From assembly GCA_026706635.1 (NCBI GenBank), contig JAPOYJ010000033.1, positions 1,044-65,043 of the forward strand: DNA of 64,000 bases, given 5' to 3'. Each line of letters opens with the position of its first letter. Within the stretch, counting starts at the first letter, position 1. Below the pieces are notes generated by a model, which searched no databases, was not told the origin of the DNA, and saw nothing but the letters and a program-made list of their open reading frames with translations. This DNA is from Gemmatimonadota bacterium (GTDB lineage: Bacteria > Gemmatimonadota > Gemmatimonadetes > Longimicrobiales > Gaopeijiaceae). Both the position numbers and the translations under genes were made by a program. This document shows, in pieces, positions 8,478 through 16,812 of this stretch.

Positions 8478-9734
8478 CTACGGTCCAAGCGCCGCGATCG
8501 GAATCACCCCCACGCCGTCCGGCCTGACATGCCCGTATCCGCCAGCCACGATCACGCCCAGCGCCCGGGGCGGTCCCACCACATCCGGGTCCACCCGCTC
8601 GGCGAGCCTGAGCAGATTGCGGGCTCCTTCCTCCACGGCCCTCGGTCCCAGCTTCACCTCGAAGGCCGCCCAGCGTCCGTCACGGCCCTTTACGACGGCG
8701 TCCACCTCGAGGCGCCCGCCCTCGCGGTAGTGGAAGACCTCGGCGTCGGCGGCCTGGGCATAGACTCGGAGATCGCGGACGACCATCGACTCGAAGAGCA
8801 GCCCGAGAAAACGGAAGTCCCGCAGCAGCCGCTCGGGACCCGTGCCCAGCGCGGCCACGGCCAGCGACGGATCGACGAAATGGCGGACGGGACGCTTCCG
8901 CAGGACTGCGCGCGAACGCAGGTGGGTCGCCCAGGCCGGCTGGTTCTCGACGATCATGATCCGCGCGAGAGCATCTAGGTAGTCCGCAGCGGTGTGCGGC
9001 TTCATGCTCCCGTTGTCGCGCGCGCCCACGTCGGCGATCAGCTTCGAGGTCGCGACGGCGGTGCCGACGTTTCGGGCCAGCGAACGCAGGAGGAGCCGCA
9101 CGCGCTGAGGGTCTCGGCGAACGCCGTCCACGGTCCGGATGTCTGCGCGGGCCACATCGTCGACCTGGCTGCGATTCGCTCGCAGGGCGCGACGGAGCGG
9201 CCAGTCCACGCTCTCGGGCCATCCTCCCCGGCAGATCAGCTCGGCGACCTCGCCGACCGGGATCGTGTGGTCGCCGGCGGCGGGTGCCTCTCCCGCGAGC
9301 AGGCGACCGAGCGAGATCGCGCCCGAGGAACGCCCCGACTCGTGCAGCGACATGGGCCGGAGACGCAGCCGGACGATGCGGCGCATTCCCGTATGCCGCG
9401 TGGCGTCGTCCGAGGGAAGGGCCGAGCCAGTGAGGATGAACTGCCCGACCGCGCGCCGGTCGTCGACGGTCCGTCTGACGTGATTCCAGATCCGCGGCTC
9501 CAGCTGCCACTCGTCAATGAGGCGCGGCGTCGGCCCCCTCAGCACTTCGGCCGGATCGGCCGCGGCTAGGTGACGTGCGTCGTCGTTGATGTCCAGCAGG
9601 ACTTCGCTGGCCGAGAACTCCCTTGCGGTCGTGGTCTTGCCGCAGCCCCGCACGCCCTCGATCACCACGCAGCCGGTGGCGCGAAGAAGGTCGCGCATCT
9701 CCTGATCTGCGGTTCTGGCGAGGTATCGCGGCAT
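8478..9734 (-). CDS. AAA-family ATPase with C-terminal DUF4143-like domain
   Basis: Walker A GVRGCGKTT, Walker B-like RLIDEWQ. The 418-aa architecture is typical of AAA_14 + DUF4143 proteins. Confidence 0.75.
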   Translation of the reverse strand: MPRYLARTADQEMRDLLRATGCVVIEGVRGCGKTTTAREFSASEVLLDINDDARHLAAADPAEVLRGPTPRLIDEWQLEPRIWNHVRRTVDDRRAVGQFILTGSALPSDDATRHTGMRRIVRLRLRPMSLHESGRSSGAISLGRLLAGEAPAAGDHTIPVGEVAELICRGGWPESVDWPLRRALRANRSQVDDVARADIRTVDGVRRDPQRVRLLLRSLARNVGTAVATSKLIADVGARDNGSMKPHTAADYLDALARIMIVENQPAWATHLRSRAVLRKRPVRHFVDPSLAVAALGTGPERLLRDFRFLGLLFESMVVRDLRVYAQAADAEVFHYREGGRLEVDAVVKGRDGRWAAFEVKLGPRAVEEGARNLLRLAERVDPDVVGPPRALGVIVAGGYGHVRPDGVGVIPIAALGP

Positions 9735-10056
9735 GGTGGGGGGGTTGCGGGGAGGGGTGCGAACGGCGGAAGATACCTGGAACGCGTGGAGAGCCGCAAC
9801 TCCGGTAACGGCAGGAATATGACGAATACGGCGGCAGAAATATGGCCAGCGTAGCGGCAGATTTACGGGCCGGCAAACCCCTCACTGCCCAGACCGACCT
9901 AGCAGCGCGCCTTGAAGTAGGATGCGTTGATCGTCTCCATAAGACCAGTCTCGATGACCGGTCATTTCGTGCGGGTGCCCGGCCCCGTCGCCTTGGAGCT
10001 GCAGGGCGATGGTACTTGTCTTGGTACCTAGTCCTCATGTATGTTAGCCTGCGACT

Positions 10057-10311
10057 GTGAGAAAGAGGCATCAGAGGATCCTGGAGAAGGTGCTTGCGCA
10101 CCCCCCGCCTCCCAACTTGCGATGGCGGGAAGTCGAGTCCATGCTGCTCGCGTGTGGGGTCGAGATCGTGGAGCGATCCGGATCACGCATGGGGCTGAAG
10201 CTGGCCACTCGGCGGATGGTGGTTCACCGCCCCCATCCCGGCCCGACCGTGGGCCGGGCGACGATTCGGGACCTCGCCGCATTCCTAGGATCCGCGGGAG
10301 TACAGCCATGA
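10057..10311 (+). CDS. hicA: HicA-like mRNA interferase toxin
   Basis: 84 aa, YcfA/HicA-like pattern (...RSGSRMGLKL...VVHRPHPGPTVGRATIRDL). ATGA overlap with hicB. Confidence 0.65.
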   Translation: MRKRHQRILEKVLAHPPPPNLRWREVESMLLACGVEIVERSGSRMGLKLATRRMVVHRPHPGPTVGRATIRDLAAFLGSAGVQP

Positions 10312-10670
10312 TGGAGTACAAGGGGTATGTCGCCGAAGTGGAATTCGACGACACCATCGAGATCCTTCACGGTCGTGTCGTCAACAGCGGCCCGCATCCC
10401 ATAGCGACCTTCCAGGCCATCGACGCCAGGGAGCTTCGGCGGGAATTCGAACGATCGATCGACGAATACCTCGCGTGGTGCGAAGAGGACGGTGCGAGAC
10501 CGCAGCCTCCCTTCTCGGGCAAGCTCAATCTCCGGCTGGGAACCGAGCTTCATGCCGCGGTCGCGGCGGCCGCGGCCGCGAGGCGGATGAGCATCAACGC
10601 ATGGATCGTGCGGGCCGTGCGGCAGGCGACCGGCCCGCGGGAAGGATCGTCCGCCAAGGCGCGAAGGTAA
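10308..10670 (+). CDS. hicB: HicB-family antitoxin (internal ATG of ORF 10041..10670)
   Basis: MMEYKGYVAEVEFDDTIEILHGRV... plus C-terminal RHH-like part (LNLRLGTELHAAVAAAAAARRMSINAWIVRAV). Confidence 0.75.
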   Translation: MMEYKGYVAEVEFDDTIEILHGRVVNSGPHPIATFQAIDARELRREFERSIDEYLAWCEEDGARPQPPFSGKLNLRLGTELHAAVAAAAAARRMSINAWIVRAVRQATGPREGSSAKARR

Positions 10671-10798
10671 GCGTCGGGCCGCCAACCCCCGCGTCCGCCT
10701 GGCGTCCAGCCTATTTGGGTGCCAGATCACCGACCCCGATGCTACCTTGACAGCATGAATCCCCCGTCGAACCCGGCCAAATCCCGTCCGTCCCAGCG

Positions 10799-11746
10799 AT
10801 GACAACCTCGCACCGAACGGTCCAACTCGATCTCGTCCCGGTCGTGGATGCGTCTACCGGCAGTCCTTGGGTCCAGCCGGAGGCGTTCGCGCATCGGAGA
10901 CTGGACGCCCCCGCAACCAGGCCGGTCGACCTGCACGATGAATCCCTGCTAATCTGCGGCGACGCCGCCGAGGCGCTCGCGGCGATTCCGGACGGAGTGG
11001 TCCAGACAGTCGTCACCTCCCCTCCCTACTGGTCGCTGCGGGACTACGGGATCGAGATGCAGACCGGCCGCGACGACGAGCTTGGGGACTACGTGGCCAA
11101 GGTCGTGGAAGCGTTTGAGGAGGTGCGCCGAGTGCTCCGCAACGACGGCACGGTCTGGCTCAACGTGGGTGATTCCTACACTTCCGGGAACCGTCGCTAC
11201 CGAGCCCCAGACCGGAAGAACCGCGCTCGGGCCATGGCCGTTCGACCTCCTACGCCTCGGGGGCTCAAGCCGAAGGACCTGATCGGCGTGCCGTGGCGGC
11301 TCGCACTGGCGCTTCAGGAAGCCGGATGGTGGATCCGCGCGGAAGTCATCTGGCACAAGCCCAACGCGCACCCCGAGTCGGTCCGGGACCGTCCGACACG
11401 GGCCCACGAGACGATCTTCCTGCTGTCGAAGAGCCAGAACTACTACTATCGAATCGATGCCGTGCAGGGTCCGAATCAAAGGAGGCTGCGGACTGTCTGG
11501 GATCTCAACACCGAGCCCCGCAGGGCCGGCGACGGCGACGTGGCTGGCCATCCCGCGGTGATGCCCATGACGTTGGCGCGTCGATGCGTCGCGATCACCA
11601 GCGCTCCGGGCGCGATCGTTCTGGACCCGTACGCGGGATCGGGAACAACGCTCCTGGCCGCCCGCGACCTGGGGCGCAGGTGGATCGGCGTTGAGCTCAA
11701 TCCGTCCTTCGTGGAGCTGATCGAGCGAGGGCTGGGTTCCCGGTGA
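10799..11746 (+). CDS. beta-class DNA methyltransferase (N4-cytosine or N6-adenine), type II R-M
   Basis: Motif IV TSPPYW near the N-terminus and motif I DPYAGSGTT near the C-terminus (order IV...I = beta class). SPPY favours N4C. Confidence 0.85.
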   Translation: MTTSHRTVQLDLVPVVDASTGSPWVQPEAFAHRRLDAPATRPVDLHDESLLICGDAAEALAAIPDGVVQTVVTSPPYWSLRDYGIEMQTGRDDELGDYVAKVVEAFEEVRRVLRNDGTVWLNVGDSYTSGNRRYRAPDRKNRARAMAVRPPTPRGLKPKDLIGVPWRLALALQEAGWWIRAEVIWHKPNAHPESVRDRPTRAHETIFLLSKSQNYYYRIDAVQGPNQRRLRTVWDLNTEPRRAGDGDVAGHPAVMPMTLARRCVAITSAPGAIVLDPYAGSGTTLLAARDLGRRWIGVELNPSFVELIERGLGSR

Positions 11747-12498
11747 CCTTGCAGGAGCTCAAGTCCCGGCTGGACGAAATGTCGCCTCTGAAGGTCCAGT
11801 TCGTCGCCCGCGTCGTGGACGCGCTGCTGCACCCGCCGCAGACCCATGTGCGAAAAGAGGGGACATGGCTCACGGGATCGCCCGCTTGGCTCGAGTACTT
11901 CTCGCTCGCGCTGTCAGTGCATCACGGAGCGACCACCGTGCCCTTGGGCCTCACCGAGTTCGAGACGGTGTTTCGGAACGCTTGCGAGTCAATTGGATGG
12001 CGTACCGATCCGCCCGGGTCGGCCACTCGCCGATTCGTCGACCTGGAGGTGTGGGTGGACAACCAGCCAGAGCGGAAGCTGTCCTTGAAGTCAACGGCGG
12101 CGAAGCGCCTGTCCGAGTCCACGGTCCACATTTCGAAGCTCACGGAAGCTGCTTGGATTCAGGACACGAGGACGCCGGCAGACCGACGGGAACGAACACT
12201 GAGTCTCTTCAGGGACTACGCGAAGGCCGTGGACTCCATCGTCATGCTGAGGGCATTTCGGACCGAGGGGGTTCCTGATCGATATCAGCTGGTCGAGATT
12301 CCGACATCGCTCTTCGCGTCCATCCAGGATGCTCCACTTGATTCGTTCCGGTCGGACGCTCCGGTGGTTCCATGCCATTCCGGCGACCGCGTAGTCGCGC
12401 ACATGGCCTTGGACCGCTCCGACGCCAAGGTGACGATCCGCCGAATTGAGCTGTCCGCGTGCACCATTCACGCTGAATGGGTGCGATCCGGGCGGTAG
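11743..12498 (+). CDS. putative type II restriction endonuclease partner
   Basis: GTGA start/stop overlap with the methyltransferase. Candidate PD-(D/E)xK element FVDLEV...LSLKS. No family recognised. Confidence 0.5.
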   Translation: MTLQELKSRLDEMSPLKVQFVARVVDALLHPPQTHVRKEGTWLTGSPAWLEYFSLALSVHHGATTVPLGLTEFETVFRNACESIGWRTDPPGSATRRFVDLEVWVDNQPERKLSLKSTAAKRLSESTVHISKLTEAAWIQDTRTPADRRERTLSLFRDYAKAVDSIVMLRAFRTEGVPDRYQLVEIPTSLFASIQDAPLDSFRSDAPVVPCHSGDRVVAHMALDRSDAKVTIRRIELSACTIHAEWVRSGR

Positions 12499-12529
12499 GC
12501 GTGTGTCCCGTGCCCCGCCTAGCCTAAAC

Positions 12530-13525
12530 CTACCCCTTCGCCCGCCGCCCGAGGTCGGTCAGGCGGTACTCCTGGTTCGGGGTGCTCGGTGCGCCCGGAC
12601 GAGTCATCTCGATGTAGCCCCGCTCTAGAGCCGGAAGCAGGTAGCGCTGCCTGAACGACTTACGGTCCCGCAGGTCGAGCGCTGCCATGATCTGCCGCCG
12701 CGACATCGCGCCCTGGAGCGCGGAGAGCAACCGCACGACCTGGGGGGTAACCTGGGGGGCTGCCTGGGGGGTGAGCGCAGTCAGGATGGCGTCAAGCATG
12801 TACTCGATGAAGCTGGTGCTTTCTCCTGCAGCCGAACTCTCGCGGATTGCCTGGTAGTATTCGCTCTGCCGGGCGTGAACCACGCTCTCCACGGGGACGG
12901 CGGCGAAGAGCCGGTTCCAGCGGGTCAGGATCAGGCTCTGCCAGAGGCGGCCCAGTCGCCCGTTGCCGTCTTCGAAGGGGTGGATGAACTCGAACTCGTA
13001 GTGGAAGACCGAACTCGAAATCAGGGGATGCTCGTCGGTGGCCGCCAGCCATTCGAGAAGGTCGGCCACCAAGCCGGGAACCCGGTGCGGCGGAGGGCCG
13101 ACATGCTCGACCTCGCCGCCACGCATCACGGCTACGGGAGAGGAGCGGTAGCGCCCGGGATCGTCCAGCAGCGCGCGCATGAGAATCTCGTGGGCGCGGA
13201 GCAGATCGGGTTCGCTCGCCGGGTCCCACTGCTGGCAGCGGTCGTACACCTCGATGGCATTGCGCGCCTCCTGGACGTCGCGCACCGGCCCGACCACGGG
13301 CTTGCCGTCGAGGATCGTGGCGATCTGGTTCTGCGAGAGGCGGTTACCTTCGATCGCTAGCGATCCGCGTATGGTGCTGATCCGGTTGACGCGCCGGAGT
13401 CGCAGATCCTGCATCACGCCCGAGGTCTCGGCCCTGCCGATGGCTTCGCCTATCTCCTCGACACGCCCAGTGATCGCCGGGGTGATCGCGTAGGGTGGTC
13501 TGCGCACGGTCCGAACTCCGTTCAA
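12530..13525 (-). CDS. Fic-family AMPylase-type protein, class II (internal inhibitory helix), C-terminal wHTH
   Basis: Canonical HPFEDGNGRLGR motif and N-terminal inhibitory SxxxEG motif (SLAIEGN). Confidence 0.85.
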   Translation of the reverse strand: MNGVRTVRRPPYAITPAITGRVEEIGEAIGRAETSGVMQDLRLRRVNRISTIRGSLAIEGNRLSQNQIATILDGKPVVGPVRDVQEARNAIEVYDRCQQWDPASEPDLLRAHEILMRALLDDPGRYRSSPVAVMRGGEVEHVGPPPHRVPGLVADLLEWLAATDEHPLISSSVFHYEFEFIHPFEDGNGRLGRLWQSLILTRWNRLFAAVPVESVVHARQSEYYQAIRESSAAGESTSFIEYMLDAILTALTPQAAPQVTPQVVRLLSALQGAMSRRQIMAALDLRDRKSFRQRYLLPALERGYIEMTRPGAPSTPNQEYRLTDLGRRAKG

Positions 13526-13552
13526 AGTGGCTCGCGCATCAGCTGGACCAGG

Positions 13553-13939
13553 TCACCAGATCCGGCGTACTCCAAAGCCGTCCAGCACCTCGTCGGCCGA
13601 CACCACGGCCAGGTTCCGCGCCAAGGCCTGCGCGGCAAGCATCCGATCAAAGGGGTCGCGGTGGGGTCCCGGCAGCCATCCCGCCCGCTCGGCGTCGCGA
13701 ACTCCGACCGGGAGGGGCACGAAGCCCTGATCCCGAATTGTTCCGGCGACATCGACGGCGACGGCGCTGGCACCGGGGAGCCTGCCTAGCCTGGATTTGG
13801 TCGCGATCTCCCATGCGGACGCCGCGCTGACAATGATGTCGTTCGTCTCGTCCGCTATGGCGAGTCGCGCGCGGCCCGAGAGGCGACCGCTGTCCGCGAT
13901 CCACCAGAGCAGGGCGTGGGTGTCGAGCAGCAGCGGCAC
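13553..13939 (-). CDS. vapC: PIN-domain toxin VapC
   Basis: LLLDTHALLWW...SAASAWEIATK...DPFDRML is the PIN acidic-residue pattern. Confidence 0.85.
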   Translation of the reverse strand: MPLLLDTHALLWWIADSGRLSGRARLAIADETNDIIVSAASAWEIATKSRLGRLPGASAVAVDVAGTIRDQGFVPLPVGVRDAERAGWLPGPHRDPFDRMLAAQALARNLAVVSADEVLDGFGVRRIW

Positions 13940-13941
13940 CC

Positions 13942-14175
13942 CTACCTGCCCTCCCAGGCCCTAAGCTCCTCCTCCGGCAGCGGGTCGAAGAACGAGTCCG
14001 GGATGACGACCTTGTCCTTGAGCAGATCGGGTATCCGCCGTCCCTGCGGTGCGACGGCCACCAGTCGCGCGACCGGCTTTCCGCGCCGGGCAACGACGAC
14101 TTCCTCCCCCGCCTCGACCCGCGCAAGGAGGCGGGAGAGCTGGGTCTTGGCTTCGTGAACGTTGACTGTGAGCAT
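13942..14175 (-). CDS. Phd/YefM-family antitoxin
   Basis: MLTVNVHEAKTQLSRLLARVEAGEEVVVARRGKPVARLV is a typical Phd N-terminus. Confidence 0.8.
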   Translation of the reverse strand: MLTVNVHEAKTQLSRLLARVEAGEEVVVARRGKPVARLVAVAPQGRRIPDLLKDKVVIPDSFFDPLPEEELRAWEGR

Positions 14176-14345
14176 GGCTCCCTCGTCCTTCTCGTTCGGG
14201 TTGCAGTCATGAGCGGTAGGCCAATCTAGCTAAGTGATCGGACCAGGTCAAAGTGTCGGAAGGGCGACCATCCCCACGCCGAGGTTCCCGTGCCGTGGCC
14301 GCGCTCTCGGTCCCGCGATTCAGTCTGGCCTGACCCGCAAGTGCC

Positions 14346-14372
14346 GAACCCTTGCGGAAAGCGCAGTAGTTC
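14346..14372 (+). repeat. REP-like hairpin element, copy 2
   Basis: gaacccttgcggaaagcgcagtagttc. Confidence 0.65.
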
Positions 14373-14777
14373 AGTAGCAGCGGGTCGTGGGCCGCCCTGG
14401 CCCGCGGTTAACCGGGACTGGGCCGCAGGGCTTCACGGCCACCAAATTTTGGCACCACCACTGCCGATTTGCGACGCAAAATGGAACTGGACTGGCTGTG
14501 AGGTGAGGCTGGTGGGGCTACCCGGCTGGCAAGCGCTGCGACCTGGCGGATTCGGGACGGGTGCCCGCCGTCGACCTCTGGCGGCACGCTACCACTGCCA
14601 ATCGCTCCACTTTAGCTTGACTATCTCGGAGCGCCCTCCACATTGGTAGAGCCGCTCCCTCCCCTCCCCGGCCAAGCGGCTGTGGGGCGGAGAGCTGCTG
14701 GAATGAGTCCAGCTTGCCGCCCTCGTGGAGCTGGGGCGCGGTCCATCGCCAGATGAAGGTGAACGCGGGGTCAGCGC

Positions 14778-15185
14778 TTAGGCGTGTCCCAGCAGCTCGC
14801 ACCCTATTCGCGCGATCCGGGTGAAGTGGGCGTCGTAGGTGAGGACGACGCTCGATGTCCGCGCGGCGCAGGCGGCAATCCAGACATCGTTGGTCGGGAG
14901 CGGCATGCCAGCCCTTCGCAGATCGGCCATGAGCTGTCCGTACGCACGTGCGACCGTATCGTCTACTGGAACGACGTCCACGAGCGGATGGGCAAGGAAA
15001 TCTCGGGTCCGCGCCAAGTCTTCCGGGCGTCCTCCCGTCAGGGCGTACCCCATGTGCAGCTCGCCCAGGACGACCGTGGGAACCCCGATCCAGCCGGCAC
15101 CGTCAATCTTCTCGGTGGTCGCCGGGTCTCCGCGCCAGTGGCCGATGTAGGCCGATGTGTCGAGGCAGTAGCGCGTCACCGCCAC
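14778..15185 (-). CDS. vapC: PIN-domain toxin VapC (second module)
   Basis: CLDTSAYI...ELHMG...TNDVWIAA...TYDAHF is the PIN signature. Confidence 0.85.
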   Translation of the reverse strand: MAVTRYCLDTSAYIGHWRGDPATTEKIDGAGWIGVPTVVLGELHMGYALTGGRPEDLARTRDFLAHPLVDVVPVDDTVARAYGQLMADLRRAGMPLPTNDVWIAACAARTSSVVLTYDAHFTRIARIGCELLGHA

Positions 15186-15421
15186 ATCTCTTCGTCGATT
15201 TCCCCCAGCGGAGCCATGGCTTCTTCGAGCTCGCGAGCCCGCTCCCGGCTGAGGCCTCCCGCGAGTCGAGCGAGCCCGTTGGAGCGGGGTCTGCCGACGC
15301 CGAGCGCTTGCTTGAGAAGGTCGATGACGGTGCGGTTCAGGGAGTGACCGCGCCGCAGCTTCTCGTCGTCGATGGCCTCGGCAAGGTCGGGAGGGATGTT
15401 CCTAACGGTGATGGCCTTCAT
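15176..15421 (-). CDS. vapB: RHH-type VapB/FitA-like antitoxin (internal ATG with GGAG 6 nt upstream)
   Basis: MKAITVRNIPPDLAEAI... Overlaps the vapC start. Confidence 0.65.
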   Translation of the reverse strand: MKAITVRNIPPDLAEAIDDEKLRRGHSLNRTVIDLLKQALGVGRPRSNGLARLAGGLSRERARELEEAMAPLGEIDEEMWR

Positions 15422-15634
15422 GATGACTCCAACGAAGTGCATTCAGACGACAGCACAAGATGACTGCACCATGGCGTCACATCAAGTGTCCGACGGTCGG
15501 GCGCGTCGGCCGGTCGTCCAGTCCGAGCGCAGCGAAACACGAGCGAGAGGACGCTCGCGTAGCACCCCTCGCCCGCCGGAAGCGTGGCCTCCTATCGCCC
15601 GGGCATCGCACGCAGCATGTACCGGTCGAACATG

Positions 15635-15699
15635 GTTAGGGAAAGTTAGGGACGGTTAGGGACAATTCTGGCCATAACCGCGTATAACCGACCATAACT
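15635..15699. repeat. two opposed arrays of three 10-bp-phased short repeats (GTTAGGGA x3, then ATAACC/ATAACT x3)
   Basis: GTTAGGGA at 15635, 15645 and 15655. ATAAC(C/T) at 15674, 15684 and 15694. RGTTA is the reverse complement of TAACY, so the arrays are inverted relative to each other. Confidence 0.7.
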
Positions 15700-15760
15700 C
15701 CAACTAACTGCTGACAGCTCCGCCAATAATCTCGAGGTCATGCCGGCCGCGGGACCCACC

Positions 15761-16048
15761 TCAGGCAGCGTCGTGCCGCTTGATCCAGTCGCGCAGGGCG
15801 TGGTCGATCCGGGTCTGCCAGCCCCGACCCCCAGCGCGAAAGTGGTCGATGACCTCCTGGGACAACCGGATCGTGGTCGATACCTTCGGCCGCGCCTTGG
15901 GGGGACGCCCCCGGCGGACGGGCGTCTTGGCGAACTTCTCGGGCCAGCCGTCCCGTGAGAGGTCGGGAGCGGTGTCGGGGTCAAAACCTGCACGACCAGA
16001 TCGGGAACCTCTCGTCCAGCCTGGAGGCGTGCCAGTCCGACCTCGCAC
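15761..16048 (-). CDS. brnA: BrnA-family antitoxin-like protein (start uncertain, no brnT partner)
   Basis: ...RRGRPPKARPKVSTTIRLSQEVIDHFRAGGRGWQTRIDHALRDWI is the BrnA C-terminal signature. Confidence 0.6.
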   Translation of the reverse strand: MRGRTGTPPGWTRGSRSGRAGFDPDTAPDLSRDGWPEKFAKTPVRRGRPPKARPKVSTTIRLSQEVIDHFRAGGRGWQTRIDHALRDWIKRHDAA

Positions 16049-16091
16049 AGCTGAAGACAGACGTGGCGGTGTTGCGCGTGAGGGTTGGCGG

Positions 16092-16523
16092 CTAGTCCCG
16101 GACCCTCCTCAGCTCCACCCGACAGGACTGGCTCCCGAGCTGGGTCCACCAGGTTCCGTAGAACCTCCCGTCCTCGGCCAGCTTGACGCTGACGCCGACG
16201 TATAGGTCCATGGCCTTCCACACCAGGTTCAGAAACGGAGGCCTCCAGTGGCTTTCCTTCGGGCGGAGGGTGTTCTGGCCCTGGTTCTTCCCATGGATGC
16301 GCCTACCGGTCACTACGTTGGCGCTGTCCACCTTGATCTCGAACCTCAGGGTATCGAAGTCCTCCCAGTTGGTGCGGAGCTCGCGGCACGCCCTCGGTCC
16401 CTCCCAGGTGCCCGAAATGTCCTGCCCCGCCGCAGTGGCGGTAGCCAGGACCACGGCCATGAAGGCGGCCGTCGCGACGGCAACCAGCGATACGGCCATG
16501 AAGTGCAAGGCCATTCTTCTCAT
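16092..16523 (-). CDS. secreted hypothetical protein
   Basis: N-terminal hydrophobic signal (VSLVAVATAAFMAVVLATATAAG). No known motif. Confidence 0.45.
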   Translation of the reverse strand: MRRMALHFMAVSLVAVATAAFMAVVLATATAAGQDISGTWEGPRACRELRTNWEDFDTLRFEIKVDSANVVTGRRIHGKNQGQNTLRPKESHWRPPFLNLVWKAMDLYVGVSVKLAEDGRFYGTWWTQLGSQSCRVELRRVRD

Positions 16524-16812
16524 CTCTACAACTCCTTGTGTCGGTGTTCGAGCCCCGCCCTCGGGCCGTAGAGCCGTCGTTCTCGTTCATTGGCCCTCCT
16601 CACGCTGATGATCCTCCGTGCGTCGTCGTAGGGATGCACGCATGATTAATGTTACTACAGAAATGGGCTGTCAAGGACGGTACCGTTCGCTGAAGCACCT
16701 CGTGATGGAGGACCGGGGGGGTGTGGTGTGGACAGCGAACATGGACAGATCCCCGGTTGGGTGGTGAAGTTGAGTTGGTGATCGACAGGGGCCTCTCGAC
16801 AAGCGGAGAACG

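Noticed and set aside
15635-15662. TTAGGG x3, which resembles the vertebrate telomere repeat.
   Set aside because: The hexamers are separated by 4-nt spacers in a 10-bp period, in the middle of a bacterial chromosome segment. The resemblance is coincidental, and the array is treated as a protein-binding iteron array instead.
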